Assembly (NCBI GenBank): GCA_046563655.1
Contig: CM102286.1
Location: 10,850,001-10,914,000 of the forward strand
Origin: Yuukianura sp. NJ FZ-2021
Taxonomy: Eukaryota
Reading direction: 5' to 3'
DNA length: 64,000 nucleotides
Position numbers and translations under genes: made by a program. Each line of letters begins with the position of its first letter. The stretch's first letter is position 1. Shown here in pieces: positions 63,175 through 64,000 of this stretch. The notes under the pieces were generated by a model, which did not search any database, was not told the origin of the DNA, and saw only the letters and a list, made by a program, of their open reading frames with translations.

Positions 63175-64000
63175 AAGGCCTTGATAGAACTGATCACATT
63201 TCTATTTGTTTCTTTGTAACTTTGAGACTGTGAAGTGAAAAGTGATCTAATACAAAACGTCGAAAGCTACACACTTTGAATACTGGAGACGACGATGTTG
63301 TGTATGCTGAATAGAGATTTATTCAAGTCCCTGAGTGGCAAGTACACATGAGAAACTGAAAACCAGAATGAGAGTGAGAGTGTGGCTTTCATACTAAGTA
63401 GGACAAGGATGAGAAAAAGGAAAAGAAGCACAAGGTGAATTGGTTTGTGAAGGTCTTTACAACAAAGAAACAAGTTTTGAAGGTGAACAGTAATTATTTC
63501 CTAATACATTACAGACGAGGCAAAAAAATGCATCTTAAACCTTGAAGCAGAAAAACTGGCTGATAGCCACACATTTATTGAAAACTTCTTTTTTTTTACA
63601 AATTTTCGGGGTCAACTTTCGAAACAATACTCTCCATCGTCTTCACGAAAGCGTCAATGTCAGCTCTGTAAAACGTTAACTTTGGGCCCAAAATAGCCAT
63701 TACATTTTGAGTTGTCACTGGGGAAGTCTAGGTAAAAAAAAAATATCGGTCCCTGCGGACGTTGATAAATCGTATCCGAAACTGCATCGTTTCACTGTAC
63801 CAACCATCCTCATGCGTCCAAAACGAAAGCTCCTTTGGTTCAATTAATGTTCCCACCTCGTACTAGAACTTCGGAGTGCCAGCTTTCACTGACTCATCAA
63901 TCTCTGCCACGATTGATTTGAATTGGTCGAGGATGAGTGGTCAAACATATCAATGGTAAAATAGTTTCCCCTTCCCATCATCCGATGGCTCCGTCTTCCT

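Noticed and set aside
63978..64000. 19/20-nt match to 36826-36845 (CATCGGATGGCTCCGTCTTC)
   Set aside because: Similarity does not extend inward and the window ends, so it cannot be told from chance without flanking sequence.

Overview
Eukaryotic, AT-rich genomic DNA with short GT-AG introns, most likely from an arthropod. A springtail (Collembola) is my inference from the TRIM9 sequence and the 'TDEGITG'-type LRR genes. The window has three parts. (1) 1312-6110: a full-length, apparently young APE-RT LINE with a perfect target-site duplication; its ORF1 and ORF2 are in frame and separated by a single TGA. (2) 16026-30927: the last nine coding exons of a TRIM9/67-type E3 ligase (coiled coil, COS, FN3, SPRY), including a 33-nt micro-exon. 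The RING/B-box exons are not in the window. (3) ~34300-64000: a decayed, mostly minus-strand island. It holds a Ty3/gypsy gag without pol, two or three viral-envelope-like glycoprotein relics (class III/rhabdovirus-G-like), a SET-domain relic, a KDM4-like JmjC gene, two LRR genes, a tandem pair of unknown paralogues, two Tc4/Tc5-like DNA transposons inserted at CTNAG sites, and a ~390-nt structured non-coding element present twice with covarying stems that ends at an AUG. The best candidate for an undescribed system is this island: a family of large cargo-carrying retro/viral elements with a conserved IRES-like RNA. No database searches or folding programs were run. Family calls come from motifs read by eye.
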